A stretch of DNA of 64,000 nucleotides from Octopus bimaculoides (lineage: Eukaryota), in the NCBI RefSeq assembly GCF_001194135.2, contig NC_068988.1, forward strand, positions 54,915,677 through 54,979,676. The letters run 5' to 3'. The position numbers were made by a program, and so were the translations under genes. How positions within the stretch are numbered: the first letter of the stretch is position 1; the number at the start of each line of letters is the position of its first letter. Positions 36,609 through 48,806 of the stretch are shown here, one piece after another. The notes under the pieces were generated by a model. That model saw only the letters and a list, made by a program, of their open reading frames with translations. It had not been told where the DNA came from and ran no database searches.

Positions 36609-37093
36609 GTCAGTATGTGAACTTTATTTAAACAATGCTTTGGGTGAGAAAAATTTAAAATGATGGGTTGATTTGAATTCTATAATATTGAATGAGTTTG
36701 ATGTCTCACTACCTTAACTTATTGTAATCTAAGGTTAGTATTTTTCTGTGTTTCATGAGTTACTGGGTATTAAAAATATCAGTTAATGTTGTTATTGTTC
36801 TTGTTCAGCTGAAATCCTCTCAATTTCTCCAAGATAATTTAACTAGGAATGCATCATCCAATGTGTTTCTCCTTTTCTTAAGAGAGCATTATCTAATCCG
36901 AGGAAGATTTGGCTGCTATGTCTAGCAGGTTCAGTGACCATGTAGATACTCTCTCTTTGACTTGATCAACTAATGTATGCTGAGGAGATGATTACATTTG
37001 TATGTATATGTAATGCTTAAAAGTTGGTGGGTAGGATACAAACACAAAAGAGATATCCTTTGAGATGCTAAATTTCTTTTCTTTCTATTTCAG

Positions 37094-37214
37094 GCTGCCA
37101 ATGCTTTGGAACAGACACCACCTCCTAATATGCCTCCTTGTGTTGAAACAAACTTTGAACCATCCTGGTTAAAAGAAATCAACAACAAGGAATATGAAGA
37201 TGAAAGTATTAACA
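37094..37214 (+). CDS. PIKFYVE: PIKfyve coding exon 9 (…EPSWLKEI…)
   Basis: EPSWLKEI matches human EPSWFKDI; tttcag acceptor, ACA/GTAAGT donor. Confidence 0.93.
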
Positions 37215-37236
37215 GTAAGTAATTAGAATTCATTAA

Positions 37237-37580
37237 GTGGAGATACATGGCTCACTGGTTAGAGTGTGAAGCTCACAACCATGAGGTAGTGAGTTCGATT
37301 CCTGCACTGAGCTGTGTGCTGTGTTCTTGAGCAAGACACTTTATTTCATATTGTTCCAGTTCACTCAGCTGTAGAAATGAGTTGTGACATCACTGGTGCC
37401 AAGCTGTGTCAGCCTTTGCCTTTCCCTTGGATAACATCTGTGGCGTGGAGATGGGAGGGTGGTGTGCATGGGTGACTGCTGGTCTTCCATTAACAACCTT
37501 GTCTAGGTTGGTGTCTTGGAGGTGAACTTTGTAGATGCAATCCCATGGTCATTCATGACCAAAGGGGTTCTTTACCCTTT
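37237..37580 (+). mobile_element. tRNA-derived SINE family E
   Basis: Head TGGCTCACTGG…GAGTTCGATTCC, then CTTGAGCAAGACACT; minus-strand relatives at about 18470-18640, 22490-22695, 49135-49370 and 55050-55385. Starts 22 nt after the exon 9 donor. Confidence 0.75.
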
Positions 37581-38157
37581 ATTTTACTGATTGTTATGGC
37601 AGCAGAATAGTCGGTCTTCTACTTGGTTGCTGACAATGGTTGCCATTCTTATTTCAAGTAAAGCAGTTAAAAAATATCTGCCAAATGGAATCTTATCTTT
37701 ATGAGCTTCAGTCACTGAACTATGGCGCCACATTGAAGGTTTTAATTGAATTTCTAAGTCTGATACTTATTCTGTTGATCTCCTCTGCCAAACCAAAAAG
37801 TTATGTGGATGTAAACAAACCAACACTGGTTGTCAAATGGTGGTTAGGGACAAGCACAAAGACACACACACACACATAAATATATGATGGGCTTCCACAC
37901 AGCTTCCATCTATCAAATTCACTCAGAAAGCATTGGGGCTATTGTGGAAGGCGCTTGCTCAAAGTGCCACACTGTGAGACTGAACCTGAAACCATGTGGT
38001 AGCAAAACAAGCTTCTTAACCACACAGCTATGCTTACTAGATTTATTAATATTTGCATAAAAGAATATCTAAGATTATTATTTACTCTTTATAATTCTGC
38101 ATTTTTCTGTTGATTTATATTAAAATAAAATAATAAACTTCATTCTTCTCTTTGTAG

Positions 38158-38304
38158 TCTCATTGTCTGATGATCAGCAGGTTAGTAATTTCTTTGGTGG
38201 TCAAAAGCAGATTGAAGGGGATTTATATGTCCATGCAAACCACTTTGACTCCTCTCAAAACAAGACCAGTACAACCAAACCAAGGATTTCTGAAAATAAG
38301 AAAT
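38158..38304 (+). CDS. PIKFYVE: PIKfyve coding exon 10 (linker)
   Basis: cttctctttgtag acceptor, AAT/GTAAGA donor, 147 nt open, phase 1-1; no recognisable conserved motif. Confidence 0.7.
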
Positions 38305-38539
38305 GTAAGATATTCAAATTTTGTCATTATTAGTTTTATTAATGGAGTTTAGTTCCTTCTTTTTATCATTTTGCTTATCCCTTCATTGTCACCACAATCA
38401 CTTCCACCACCTGATTTTCCATACTTCTCCTCCCCTCCCTCCCCTTATCCTCCTACCCTTCCTATCGCTCTTCTACTCCCTTCCTTCTCCTACTCCCTCT
38501 CCTACACCCCTCCTTTCCTCCTCCCTTCCCCCTCCCCTT

Positions 38540-38623
38540 ACACTCCCTCATCCTTTTCTCCTCCCTTCATCCCCTCCCCCTTACACTCCACCACCTCCTC
38601 CTCCACCACCACCACCACCTCCC

Positions 38624-38657
<34 letters not shown>

Positions 38658-38717
38658 TCCTTCTTCTTCTTCTTCTTCTTCTTCTTCTTCTTCTTCTTCT
38701 ACTTCTTCTACTTCTTC

Positions 38718-38749
<32 letters not shown>

Positions 38750-38765
38750 CTTCTTCTTCTTCTTC
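38540..38765. repeat. Compound microsatellite (CCT/CCA)n(CAT)n(CTT)n
   Basis: Read directly; source of the spurious poly-Pro/His/Leu/Ser/Glu ORFs. Confidence 0.95.
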
Positions 38766-40126
38766 TGTCTGTTTTCCATACTGGCAGGGTTGAACAGTTT
38801 GACAAAATCTGCCAAACTGCAGAGTTGCCTCAGGCCCCAAAATCAGCTTTGGCTTGGTTCTATGGCTGGATGCTCTTCCTGATGCCAACCACTCTACACT
38901 GTGTTCTGGATGCTCTTTCCCCACCCCCACCCCCATGACACTGGCAGTTGTGTCTGGTTTTCATAATTCCTTTTTCTTCAACTGAGCTTGATGTCCGTGA
39001 ATTACTTTGCAAATTTGTACATGAGCTGTTTCAGTTCTAACATAAATAGCTGTTGATGTTTGAGAGATGTCAATCATATTGTGGAAATATCTTGAGCCAT
39101 GTGGCCATATTGCAGTTCTTTTAATCAGAACACTAACGTGTCTCTCTTAGTCATTAATCCTGTGTTTCTTGTTTCTTTGTCAAAACACTTTATTTCTCTC
39201 TTTTTACATAGGTTTTTCTATGCTAACATGAGTTAGACTAACATATTATTGAGGTGTTGTTTTATAGCTGATCCAACCTTCCTGCTGTTAACTCTTGCTT
39301 GTTTTTCAAACAAAGGTGTCTTTCTCTTTTTTTTTTTTTTCCTGCTTTCAAAAGTGGTGAGCCAGCAAAACATCTGTTAACAAGGGAAATGACAGTTTGT
39401 ACTTCAGTAATTTTTTTGAGAGACAGATGTGCATGCACATACATGCACACATACACACACGTGTGCATACATACACACATATATGCATGTATGCACACAT
39501 ACACACACACGCTCACACACACACATTTACAATAGGCTTTGTAGAGTTTCCTACTATCAAAGTAACTCACAAGGCATTGTGGTTGAGAAATTTACTTCTG
39601 AACCACATGGTTTTGGGTTCAATCTCACACAATGGCACTTTGAGTGAATGGCTTTTGATAAAAAAGAAAACCTGTTGTGTGTGTGTGTGTGTTTGTGTGT
39701 GTGTATGTATGCTTTTATCTCTTTGTCTTGGCATTATGTGATCGTTGTAAATGAATGCCATTAATTTCTGATATTCTGCATAAACATGTGTAGCCATGAG
39801 GATTATATTATCATGCTTGGAAACAGGTATGGGTTGGCAACAGGAATGATCTCTGGCCCTAGAAAATCTGCCTCAGTAAACTCCATCTAACCCATGCAAG
39901 CATGGAACAGTGGCTATTAAAACACTGATGATGATGATTATATAAAATTCTTGTTGGCACCTTCTCTACTTATCAACCTATCGATCAACCAACTCTGTTA
40001 TTTCTATAATGCAGTTATGGAAATAACAATACTACAACATATCATAACCCAATGTGTCTTTATTATAACATGTTCACATTTACCTTTTGCTTACCATTTG
40101 CAATGTATCCCATTTGTTCTCCTTAA

Positions 40127-40346
40127 CCTTTTCGTTACTGTATTTATTTTGAGATGCTCTGTGTTTCTTTCAATTACTTTAAATATAACAAAGAATTTAG
40201 TAAAATAACTTAGTTATCATTTAGCTAGTGTTAGGAACATAAATTGTGACTAAGGTTTGGTGGAAGATTTTAATTCAAAACTTATTAAAACAAAACATTT
40301 GTGCTCAGAGCCAGAGCCAGTTTCAGCCAGGTTGGTACTGAAAGGG
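40127..40346. mobile_element. piggyBac-type MITE, 220 bp, copy 1
   Basis: TTAA flanks at 40123-40126 and 40347-40350; CC(C)TTT/AAAGGG termini; near-identical inverted copy at 48587-48806. Confidence 0.8.
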
Positions 40347-40862
40347 TTAAATCTGTTGTTCTCTCGTACTCACTCCCTGCTAACATCTCGTCAGCTCAAC
40401 TACCTTACCTTTTCCAATTCAGAAATATTCTTTCATAAAGTTTCAAATGAGTCCTTCTTAGATTTACCATTTTAAAAAAGACATGTTTTAGTAAAGGCAG
40501 TGAGCTGGCAGAATCGTCAGCATACTGAACGAAATACTTAGCAGTATTTTGTCCATCTTTGCATTCTGAGTTCAAATTCCACTAAGGTTGATTTAGTCTT
40601 TTATCCTTTTGGGCTTGATAAAATAAGCACCATTTGAGCACTGGGATTGATGTAATCGGCTTAAACTACGGCTGTGTATGAGTATAAAAAATTGCATCCT
40701 TCTGTCATACCATGTTGAGCTGGCATGGAAGAGCAGGCTCATCAAACCAGTATGATCTCAAACCATTCTCTGGTGGAGAGAACATGCTGAGGCCCTCATC
40801 CTGCAGTGGGCTCATGGGCAATCTAATCCAATTACATTTGTAAAATTTTGTCTTCTTTTCAG

Positions 40863-40937
40863 CCTCATCATCAGATTTGAATGAATTCGATGCTTTACCA
40901 AAATGTCGTCAAGAACTCCCAGATGATTTTCTTACTG
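40863..40937 (+). CDS. PIKFYVE: PIKfyve coding exon 11 (SSSSDLNEFDALPKCRQELPDDFLT)
   Basis: tcttcttttcag acceptor, CTG/GTACGT donor, 75 nt open, phase 1-1. Confidence 0.75.
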
Positions 40938-41427
40938 GTACGTTATTATGAATTTTCTTTCTTTAAAACATTTTCATTATGATATCATTGCAATGGATTA
41001 GTAGAGTCTTTAGAGCATTGGATAAAATGTCTTGTGGTATTTGTTCTAGTTCTTTATGTTCTCTCTTCAAATCCCTCTGAGATTAAATTTGCCTTTTGTG
41101 CCTCCAGTCCAGTACTGGGCTCAGTTTAACCAAATAACTATCTGAAACCACTGGCCTCATTCTTAAATCAGAAACATTATTATAAAGGCAATGAGCTAGT
41201 AGAATTGTTAGAGCATCAAGCAAAATGCCTCATTGTATTTGTTGCAGTTCTTTACATTCTGAGTTCAAATCATGCTGTGATAAATGTTGCCTTTCATTTT
41301 TCTGGAGTTAATAAAAGAGAGTGCCAGGAAAGTACTGGAGGTGAAGGTATTGTCTCACACTTCCCTTCAGAATTGCTGGTCTTGTGCTTAAACCAGAAAC
41401 CATTATTATTATTATTATTATTATTAG

Positions 41428-42756
41428 GGCCTTAGAGTCAACCTAGCTAAAACCAAAATCCTAATAAGTAGGAAGGTAGATAAAACACAAACCCCTTCAG
41501 GTAGATGGCCCTGCTCAGTATGTAGAAAAGGAGTAGGTAGTAACTCTATAAGATGTACCCGGTGCAAGCTATGGACACATAAGAGGTGCAGCAACATCAA
41601 AGGCAGGTTAACTAGCAAGTTAGTTTTTGTTTGTGGCAGATGTTCAGGTGCAATAAAGACTGCAAACAAACAGGAAACAACTTCTATCTCATTCCAGGGT
41701 GAAAAACTAGAGGTAGTCGATAGCTTCCGCTATCTGGGCGACCAAGCTAGTAGTGGGGGTGGGTGCGCTGAAAGTGTAGCTGCTAGNNNNNNNNNNNNNN
41801 NNNNNNNNNNNNNNNNNNNNNNNNNNNNNNNNNNNNNNNNNNNNNNNNNNNNNNNNNNNNNNNNNNNNNNNNNNNNNNNNNNNNNNNNNNNNNNNNNNNN
41901 NNNNNNNNNNNNNNNNNNNNNNNNNNNNNNNNNNNNNNNNNNNNNNNNNNNNNNNNNNNNNNNNNNNNNNNNNNNNNNNNNNNNNNNNNNNNNNNNNNNN
42001 NNNNNNNNNNNNNNNNNNNNNNNNNNNNNNNNNNNNNNNNNNNNNNNNNNNNNNNNNNNNNNNNNNNNNNNNNNNNNNNNNNNNNNNNNNNNNNNNNNNN
42101 NNNNNNNNNNNNNNNNNNNNNNNNNNNNNNNNNNNNNNNNNNNNNNNNNNNNNNNNNNNNNNNNNNNNNNNNNNNNNNNNNNNNNNNNNNNNNNNNNNNN
42201 NNNNNNNNNNNNNNNNNNNNNNNNNNNNNNNNNNNNNNNNNNNNNNNNNNNNNNNNNNNNNNNNNNNNNNNNNNNNNNNNNNNNNNNNNNNNNNNNNNNN
42301 NNNNNNNNNNNNNNNNNNNNNNNNNNNNNNNNNNNNNNNNNNNNNNNNNNNNNNNNNNNNNNNNNNNNNNNNNNNNNNNNNNNNNNNNNNNNNNNNNNNN
42401 NNNNNNNNNNNNNNNNNNNNNNNNNNNNNNNNNNNNNNNNNNNNNNNNNNNNNNNNNNNNNNNNNNNNNNNNNNNNNNNNNNNNNNNNNNNNNNNNNNNN
42501 NNNNNNNNNNNNNNNNNNNNNNNNNNNCATAAAAGACACCATTTCGAGCGTGGCCGTTTTCGTGCGGGTGACACGTAAAAGCACCCACTACACTCTCTGA
42601 GTGGTTGGCGTTAGGAAGGGCATCCAGCTGTAGAAACTCTGCCAAATCAGACTGGAGCCTGGTGTTGCCATCTGGTTTCACCAGTCCTCAGTCAAATCGT
42701 CCAACCCATGCTAGCATGGAAAGCGGACGTTAAACGATGATGATGATGATGATGAT
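41428..42756 (+). mobile_element. Young 5'-truncated RTE LINE (RT C-terminal region with PHD-like insert; middle in an N gap; family-B 3' UTR)
   Basis: Stop-free frame 41428-41786 GLRVNLAKTK…CSVC…CTRC…HKRC…CGRC…EVVDSFRYLGDQ; gap 41787-42527; 3' UTR and (GAT)n at 42528-42756. Joining the two ends across the gap is inferred. Confidence 0.85.
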
Positions 42757-43142
42757 ATGTTTGGCTTTTGCTTTGCGTTTATACAAATTGACTCCAAGTC
42801 TCACCCAGAGACCTTAAGAGACAGCAAGTCAGAAGTTCAAGTTGGTGTGTTGTGACTAGGGTGTCATATATTTGATTTTGAACAGGGTATTGTTCTCTAG
42901 AATGTCTGTCAAAACCTAAGCAAATTAAAAGTTTGTTTTAAAAGTAATTTGATTATAAGATGATAGTGTCATGTTAAGATGACAGTAAAAGGTGTTTGCT
43001 GTTATGTACATTTAAAAGTATTTTAACACTGAATATGAGCAGTTCCTATGAGCACTATTTTTTGAATTTCTTCCATTTTTGGATTTCCTGATATCTGAGC
43101 TAGGTAGCAATCAACCTTTTTATTGTTGTTATCATCATCATT

Positions 43143-43385
43143 AGGATGGTGAGCTTGCAGAATCATTAGCACACTGGACAAAATGCTTAGCGGCATTTCG
43201 TCCATCTTTGTGTTATAAGTACAAATACTGCCAAGGTTGACTTTGCCTTTCATCCTTTCGGGATTGATAAATTAAGTACCAGTAGAACACTGGAGTCAAT
43301 GTAATCGACTGTCCCCCTCCCCCAAATTTCAGGCCTTGTGCCTATAGTAGATAGGATTATTATCATAATTATTATTATTATCATA

Positions 43386-43442
<57 letters not shown>

Positions 43443-43672
43443 TAAGGTGGTAAGCTACAGAATTGTTAGCACACAGGGTAAAATGCTGCATGGCATTTCA
43501 TCCATCTTTACATTCTGAGTTCAGTTTCCACCAAGGTAACTTTACCTTTCATCTTTTCAGGGTCGATATAATAAATACTAGTTGAACACCGGAGTTGTTG
43601 TACTCAACTTACTCCCTCCTCCAAGATGTCTAGCCATGTGCCAAAATTTGAAACCATTATTATTATTATTAT
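43143..43672 (+). mobile_element. Two head-to-tail SINE family C copies separated by a long (ATT)n tail
   Basis: Copy 1 at 43143-43440 ends in about 80 nt of (ATT)n; copy 2 starts at 43443 and ends in (ATT)n at about 43672. Confidence 0.8.
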
Positions 43673-44407
43673 AGGTCTGATCAGGAGTTTCAACTGTTAT
43701 CACATCATGTTGATTTTACCTGTAGTTTACCTAGGACTACATCATTAAAAGTGTTCCTTCATATTTTTCCTAAGACTAGATGTGTCATATGAAAAACATT
43801 TAGCTGCTACTTTTAACAGGTCATGCTACTGCACAGAGGTTTCTTCCTAAACCGGCCAGATATAGAAACTGAGATGTTAAGTTGCCAGGTGATTTATAGG
43901 TGCAATGAAAATTTAGATATGATTTTATTAGTAAAGCCAGTTGTCACCAATAACAATATCTAGACTTTAAAACTCATAAAGATAATTTTTTCTACTAAAT
44001 TGTCTTATCTGCATATGATATTATATAAATAATAATAAACAGCTTTTCTAATGGTGGAACTTAAAGTAGATAAAGTTATAAATAACAGCATGTTAATATT
44101 GATTTTAAAATACCTTTGGATGAGAAAAAGCTGAAGGCTGCTCTGTCCAAAGGTCTTTTAACCTAATATGCTATAATTTATGGTTTTCTCTATTTTGAGT
44201 TCATCATTAATGACAAAGATTTATTTCTAGTCTCTAGAAGTTTCCTAATTTTTATCATATAAAGAAAAATATTTTTTTCTCTTGAATTATGCTATAGTCA
44301 TTTAAATTATCATTCATATGCCTTTAAATTCATTTTGGAAATATAACAACCTATGAACTATTATACTTTGTTTTGATGTTTCCTTTGTTAATTTGTTTTT
44401 TGTTAAG

Positions 44408-44525
44408 GTACATTATTTGTGTCTAAATCTGGAAATGCTGTAGAACCTATTATCTGTGCCAAAGGGTGGCGATCTACTGAAGAACTTCGAGAGAAAGAGG
44501 ACTGTTTGGCATATGATAGGCTAAG
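44408..44525 (+). CDS. PIKFYVE: PIKfyve coding exon 12 (…KGWRSTEELREKEDCLAYDRL)
   Basis: Resembles human PLGWHHNNLELLREENGEKQAMERL; AG/GT ends, phase 1 to 2. Confidence 0.9.
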
Positions 44526-45630
44526 GTTTGTATATATATACACTTCAGGACAAATACTACAGTAACTGATCTATAAACAGTGTGTATACATCAAGTATGA
44601 TACACAGATGGCTATATAATTGTAACTGTTTACAAATTTAGTCTCAAATACACTACATGTAGTCATTCTAACTAAAAATTCAAAAATAGAATAAAATTTT
44701 GTAATTTTTTTCACAAAATTCTTCTCATCATAATAATTTTACATAATATTTGGGTTTATAAATATTTTATTTTTCTAGCTTCAGTATTATATCTTCTTAT
44801 AACATTGCATTTAACTAAAATGCTTGTTATTTCTCCTTTACATAAAAGAGCTTTTCCCCAACTTTCTTATATATTGGATTGTGTTGAACCAAAAAATTAT
44901 TCTGTCTGTTGGTTTTTATAGGAAATGACTCCAGTAAATCCCATTTTCTGTGTGTAACTTTTATATGACACAAAGAAATTCAGTAATATTTAGTGTTCAA
45001 AGATATTATTCAAAGAGTTAAATATAAAATAGATGGAGTTTGATTTTGCTGACGAACAATGCTTTGCATTTTGACAAGAATATTTTTTTATAAATCCATT
45101 CCTGTGAGGATACATGGTGGAGGGAGAGATGCATGCACATACATGTTTTCCTTTCCCACAAAATAAGTTTATTTCTGAAAAAAAAATGCTGTGTGTAAAG
45201 CTCTGTATAGATTAAAACCTATTTGCAGAAAATTATAAATGAAAAAACAGATGTTAGATGACTGAACAATGTATGTATGTGTGTGTATGTGTATGCATGT
45301 ATTTGCATATGTATGTATGCATGCATGCAAGTGTATTTTAAGATCCACAAAGACCAGAACTTAACTGTGGTTCTTGATGGTCCAAATCAGATATGCAATC
45401 TATGTGGGTGTCTTTTCAATACATTGTCTGGTTTAAAAACACCACATCAGACACCATGATGGATCTAAGGTGTAGGTACAGTAGGTGGTCAGACTTTGCA
45501 TAAGGAGTAGACAGCCACCATGTATATGTATGTATGTATGTATTTGTATATATGTAGGTTTGATTGTGCATGCACTTGAACTAACATTCACAGGAATATA
45601 TTGATAAGCTGGTTCTTTTATTATACCCAG

Positions 45631-45811
45631 AAAAGTTCACAAGGAACATCTGTCAAACTTGGTGCGCCAGTTGCTCAATCAAGAAGGCTTACCACTCTCC
45701 TGGGAAGGCACCATCATGCAAACAGCCCACAAAATCAGCCAGTTTGTAAGTCCTGATGTACGTAATGAAGGAGATGACATGGATATACGGAAATATGTAC
45801 AAATAAAAAAG
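45631..45811 (+). CDS. PIKFYVE: PIKfyve coding exon 13, start of CCT/TCP1-like domain
   Basis: LVRQLL…SWEGTI…PDVRNEGDDMDIRKYVQIKK; phase 2 to 0. Confidence 0.97.
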
Positions 45812-46229
45812 GTAGTTATTTTACTTAGCTTATAAATTTCATGATGTTTAGTGTATGGTGACAATTAGTAAGTGTTCCTGTAAAATATCTTACATATAGA
45901 TGCAGGTGTTGCTTCCTAACCATAGTTTTGGCTGTAGTCTTTTACTATAGCTCCAGACTGAGCAAAGCCTTGTGAGTGGATCTCTTAGATAGAAATATGA
46001 TGATATATGTATGTAGAAATGTATGTTTGTATATATGTTGTTTTTTTTTATTAATAGTTGGCCAAAGTTACAGAGTAATTCAAGTGCCAAAGGTTTCAAG
46101 TTTGAATCTCTCAACCCTTGATCCCCTCTGTAACTTCTGATTATTAGTAAAAAAAACATATATACTCATGTTTTGAATTCTGTTTTTCCTGTTTACATCA
46201 TCAAATATATATGTATGTAAATATGCATA

Positions 46230-46277
<48 letters not shown>

Positions 46278-46591
46278 TTGTCTCTTTGTCTTCATATCAT
46301 GTAATGATTGTAACTGAGTGTGTTTTGAAATGGCTACAAGGTTTCTATAATGATGCAAATTTTAATTACTATTCTTGTCTTGACCATCTTTTGAAGGTTT
46401 TGGGATAATTTTTTTTTCTTCACTTTTTTATTTTTGGGGTTAAGATGTTGCCCAGACTGCTCTCAGATCAAAATAGTGTTTGCAATTTACCAATTGGTTG
46501 TTATATATTAGTGTGTAAAAGCACACACACGTACATATACATGCATATGCATAGTTTTTCTAGTTTATAATTTCAAATATTATCTTCTTAG

Positions 46592-46771
46592 ATTTCTGGA
46601 GGTCAGAGAAATCAGACCGCTGTCATCCATGGGGTTGTTTGTAGCAAAAATGTTGCTCACAAGAAAATGCAGACAACTGTCTCAAAGCCAAAAATTCTCT
46701 TGTTGAAAGGTGCCATTGATTATCAACGAGTTGAGAACAAATTTTCTTCTCTGGAACCCTTAATACTTCAG
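46592..46771 (+). CDS. PIKFYVE: PIKfyve coding exon 14, CCT-like domain
   Basis: ISGG…GVVCSKNVAHKKM…PKILLLKGAIDYQRVENKFSSLEPLILQ; 180 nt, phase 0-0. Confidence 0.97.
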
Positions 46772-46859
46772 GTAATTTTTTATAATTTTATTCTCTATGA
46801 ATATGTCATGTTCATCATCATTATCATCTGGTTGAGCTTACTCAGACATTTTTAACTCT

Positions 46860-47770
46860 AACACACCATCCATCTTGATTCTGCATTAGTTGAGGAAAGT
46901 CTTCAGGGAAGCATCCGGTGTCTTTCATGAGTTGATCTACATGCATTGTGTTCAGATGACCTGCTCAAGTATGGCCATGCATTGGCATCCATAGCAGTAG
47001 GTCACTTACTAGCTCTTGTTTAGTATGCCAGCAATGTCCTACAAAGTGCAAGCACCTTTCTGTCATAGTGGTAGGAAACAGGCAAATCTCCAAGACATGT
47101 CTGAGACTACTCTTAGCATTCTTGTGTAAGTTCCATCTAGCTTGGATTCCAGTTTTTTGATAAGCATTCAGGCTGTTGCTCCACATAAAAGGACTGACTC
47201 TACTGATGTACAGAAAAATTTCCTCTTAAGGTTATCTGACAGGGTTGATTTCGAGACAACGTCTGGTTTGTTTAGAGCTGACCATGCTTTCGCTGTCCAA
47301 TGCAGAACAAATTACACTTTTAAGCATCATGTTAATCCTCATGAAGTTTGGTTTGATTCTTAATGATCACCTTTGTGAAAGATAGAGAGTGAACTGAGGG
47401 AGTGGCTGAAGTGTGCAGGAGAAACAACCTTGCTAGCATCAACCTATGATGTGAATGGATACTGAACACTGGGTGAAAATGTGTTGTGTACTGTAGGTGG
47501 TGGCTACTCATTGAAGTGAAATAAATTGAAGAAGTCAAAGAAGAGTATGAAAAATTCAAACATCAGGATGGTGGACCAATGTCTGACTACATTTGAACTA
47601 GCAATGCCAGTGTTTGACTAGGTTGTATGGTGGTGCATCATCACCATAAACTTCTTTCATCTCATTGAAAGTCTCTTTTGGTGTACAAGTGTAAGAACCT
47701 GATCACTGATCTGCATTCAGCTTCCTCCATCTTGACATCTTAGTCCACTTCAGCAGCTGTAAAAGACAAA
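46860..47770 (-). mobile_element. Decayed RTE-clade LINE RT fragment (third lineage)
   Basis: Minus strand reads VESVLL.GAT…LDGTYTRMLRVV…RCLHFVGHCWHTKQELVSDLLLWMP.HG…DQLMKDTG. Confidence 0.75.
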
Positions 47771-48031
47771 CAGATACTAGTGGAAAACAGCTATTTACAA
47801 TGTGATATGTAGAGACATGTATAATTTTACCTGTTCAAGTTCCTTTTCCTGCAATAACCAGAAGTGGGTCAGGGAAAATCTTTAATGAACACCCTTTGTA
47901 TGCTTCAATTAGCATTTGATAAGAAATGTTTGTATAATTAATACACAGCCACAAACACTTTATGATGTACCTTTTTTATATACCAAATTCACTTTTGTTA
48001 TTGTGAATTAAATTGCATTTTATATTTTTAG

Positions 48032-48172
48032 GAAAGAGAATTTTTAAAAAATAGTGTTGCGAAAGTGTGTGCTTTGAAACCAGATGTCGTTGTGGTGGAG
48101 AAATCAGTATGTCGACTTGCACAAGAGTTTCTCTTAGAAGCTGGTATCATTCTAATTTTCAATACCAAAACT
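48032..48172 (+). CDS. PIKFYVE: PIKfyve coding exon 15, CCT-like domain
   Basis: EREFLKNSVAKVCALKPDVVVVEKSVCRLAQEFLLEAGI; ACT/GTAAGT donor. Confidence 0.97.
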
Positions 48173-48586
48173 GTAAGTGCACTTTTAGATTCATATATTT
48201 TAAGGATTCTAGATGTTGGTTTCACTTATCTCGTGTCGACTCATCACCCAAACTGTGCTTACTCATGTTCTTGACCTCACCCTAACCACTATACTCAGGT
48301 TTTCTTTCTCTTCACAATGTCCTCTCTTGAATTTCCTCTCTGCCTATATTTTTCTACAGTCATTGATTTGTAGTTGTTTAAAAACATCAGTTGCATTAAT
48401 CTCTCCAATCTCATATTGTGACAAACCCTTTCTTCAGACCAAATCATTAAAAAGAACTAATACTGGAAAAGCGATTTTACAGTAGGATGCACTCCTTACA
48501 ACTAACCTGTTCAATTGAAGTAGAATATGAGACCTAGATTTTTTATTCTGTCAGATAAACTAGACAATCAGAATTAAGTACTTTAA

Positions 48587-48806
48587 CCCTTTCATTACCA
48601 ACCAGGCTGAAACCAGCTCTGGCTCTAAGTATAAATGCCTTGTTTTTATAAGTTTTGAATTAAGATCTTCCACCAAACCTTAGTCACAGTTTATGCTCCT
48701 AACACTAGCTGAATGATAACTAAGTTATTTTACTAAATTCTTTGTTATATTTAAAGTAATTGAAAGAAACACAGAGCATCTCAAAATAAATACTGAAACA
48801 AAAAGG
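48587..48806. mobile_element. piggyBac-type MITE, 220 bp, copy 2 (inverted)
   Basis: TTAA flanks at 48583-48586 and 48807-48810; about 90% identical by eye to the reverse complement of copy 1. Confidence 0.8.

Noticed and set aside
38181-38186. Internal donor CAG/GTTAGT in exon 10
   Set aside because: It gives phase 0, incompatible with the phase-1 exons 11 and 12.
38321-38938. Poly-Pro/His/Leu/Ser/Glu ORFs
   Set aside because: Translations of a compound trinucleotide microsatellite; no splice or homology support.
45746-45751. Internal donor TTT/GTAAGT in exon 13
   Set aside because: In frame, but it would delete the highly conserved PDVR…DMDIRKYVQIKK segment and has a poor exon-side consensus.
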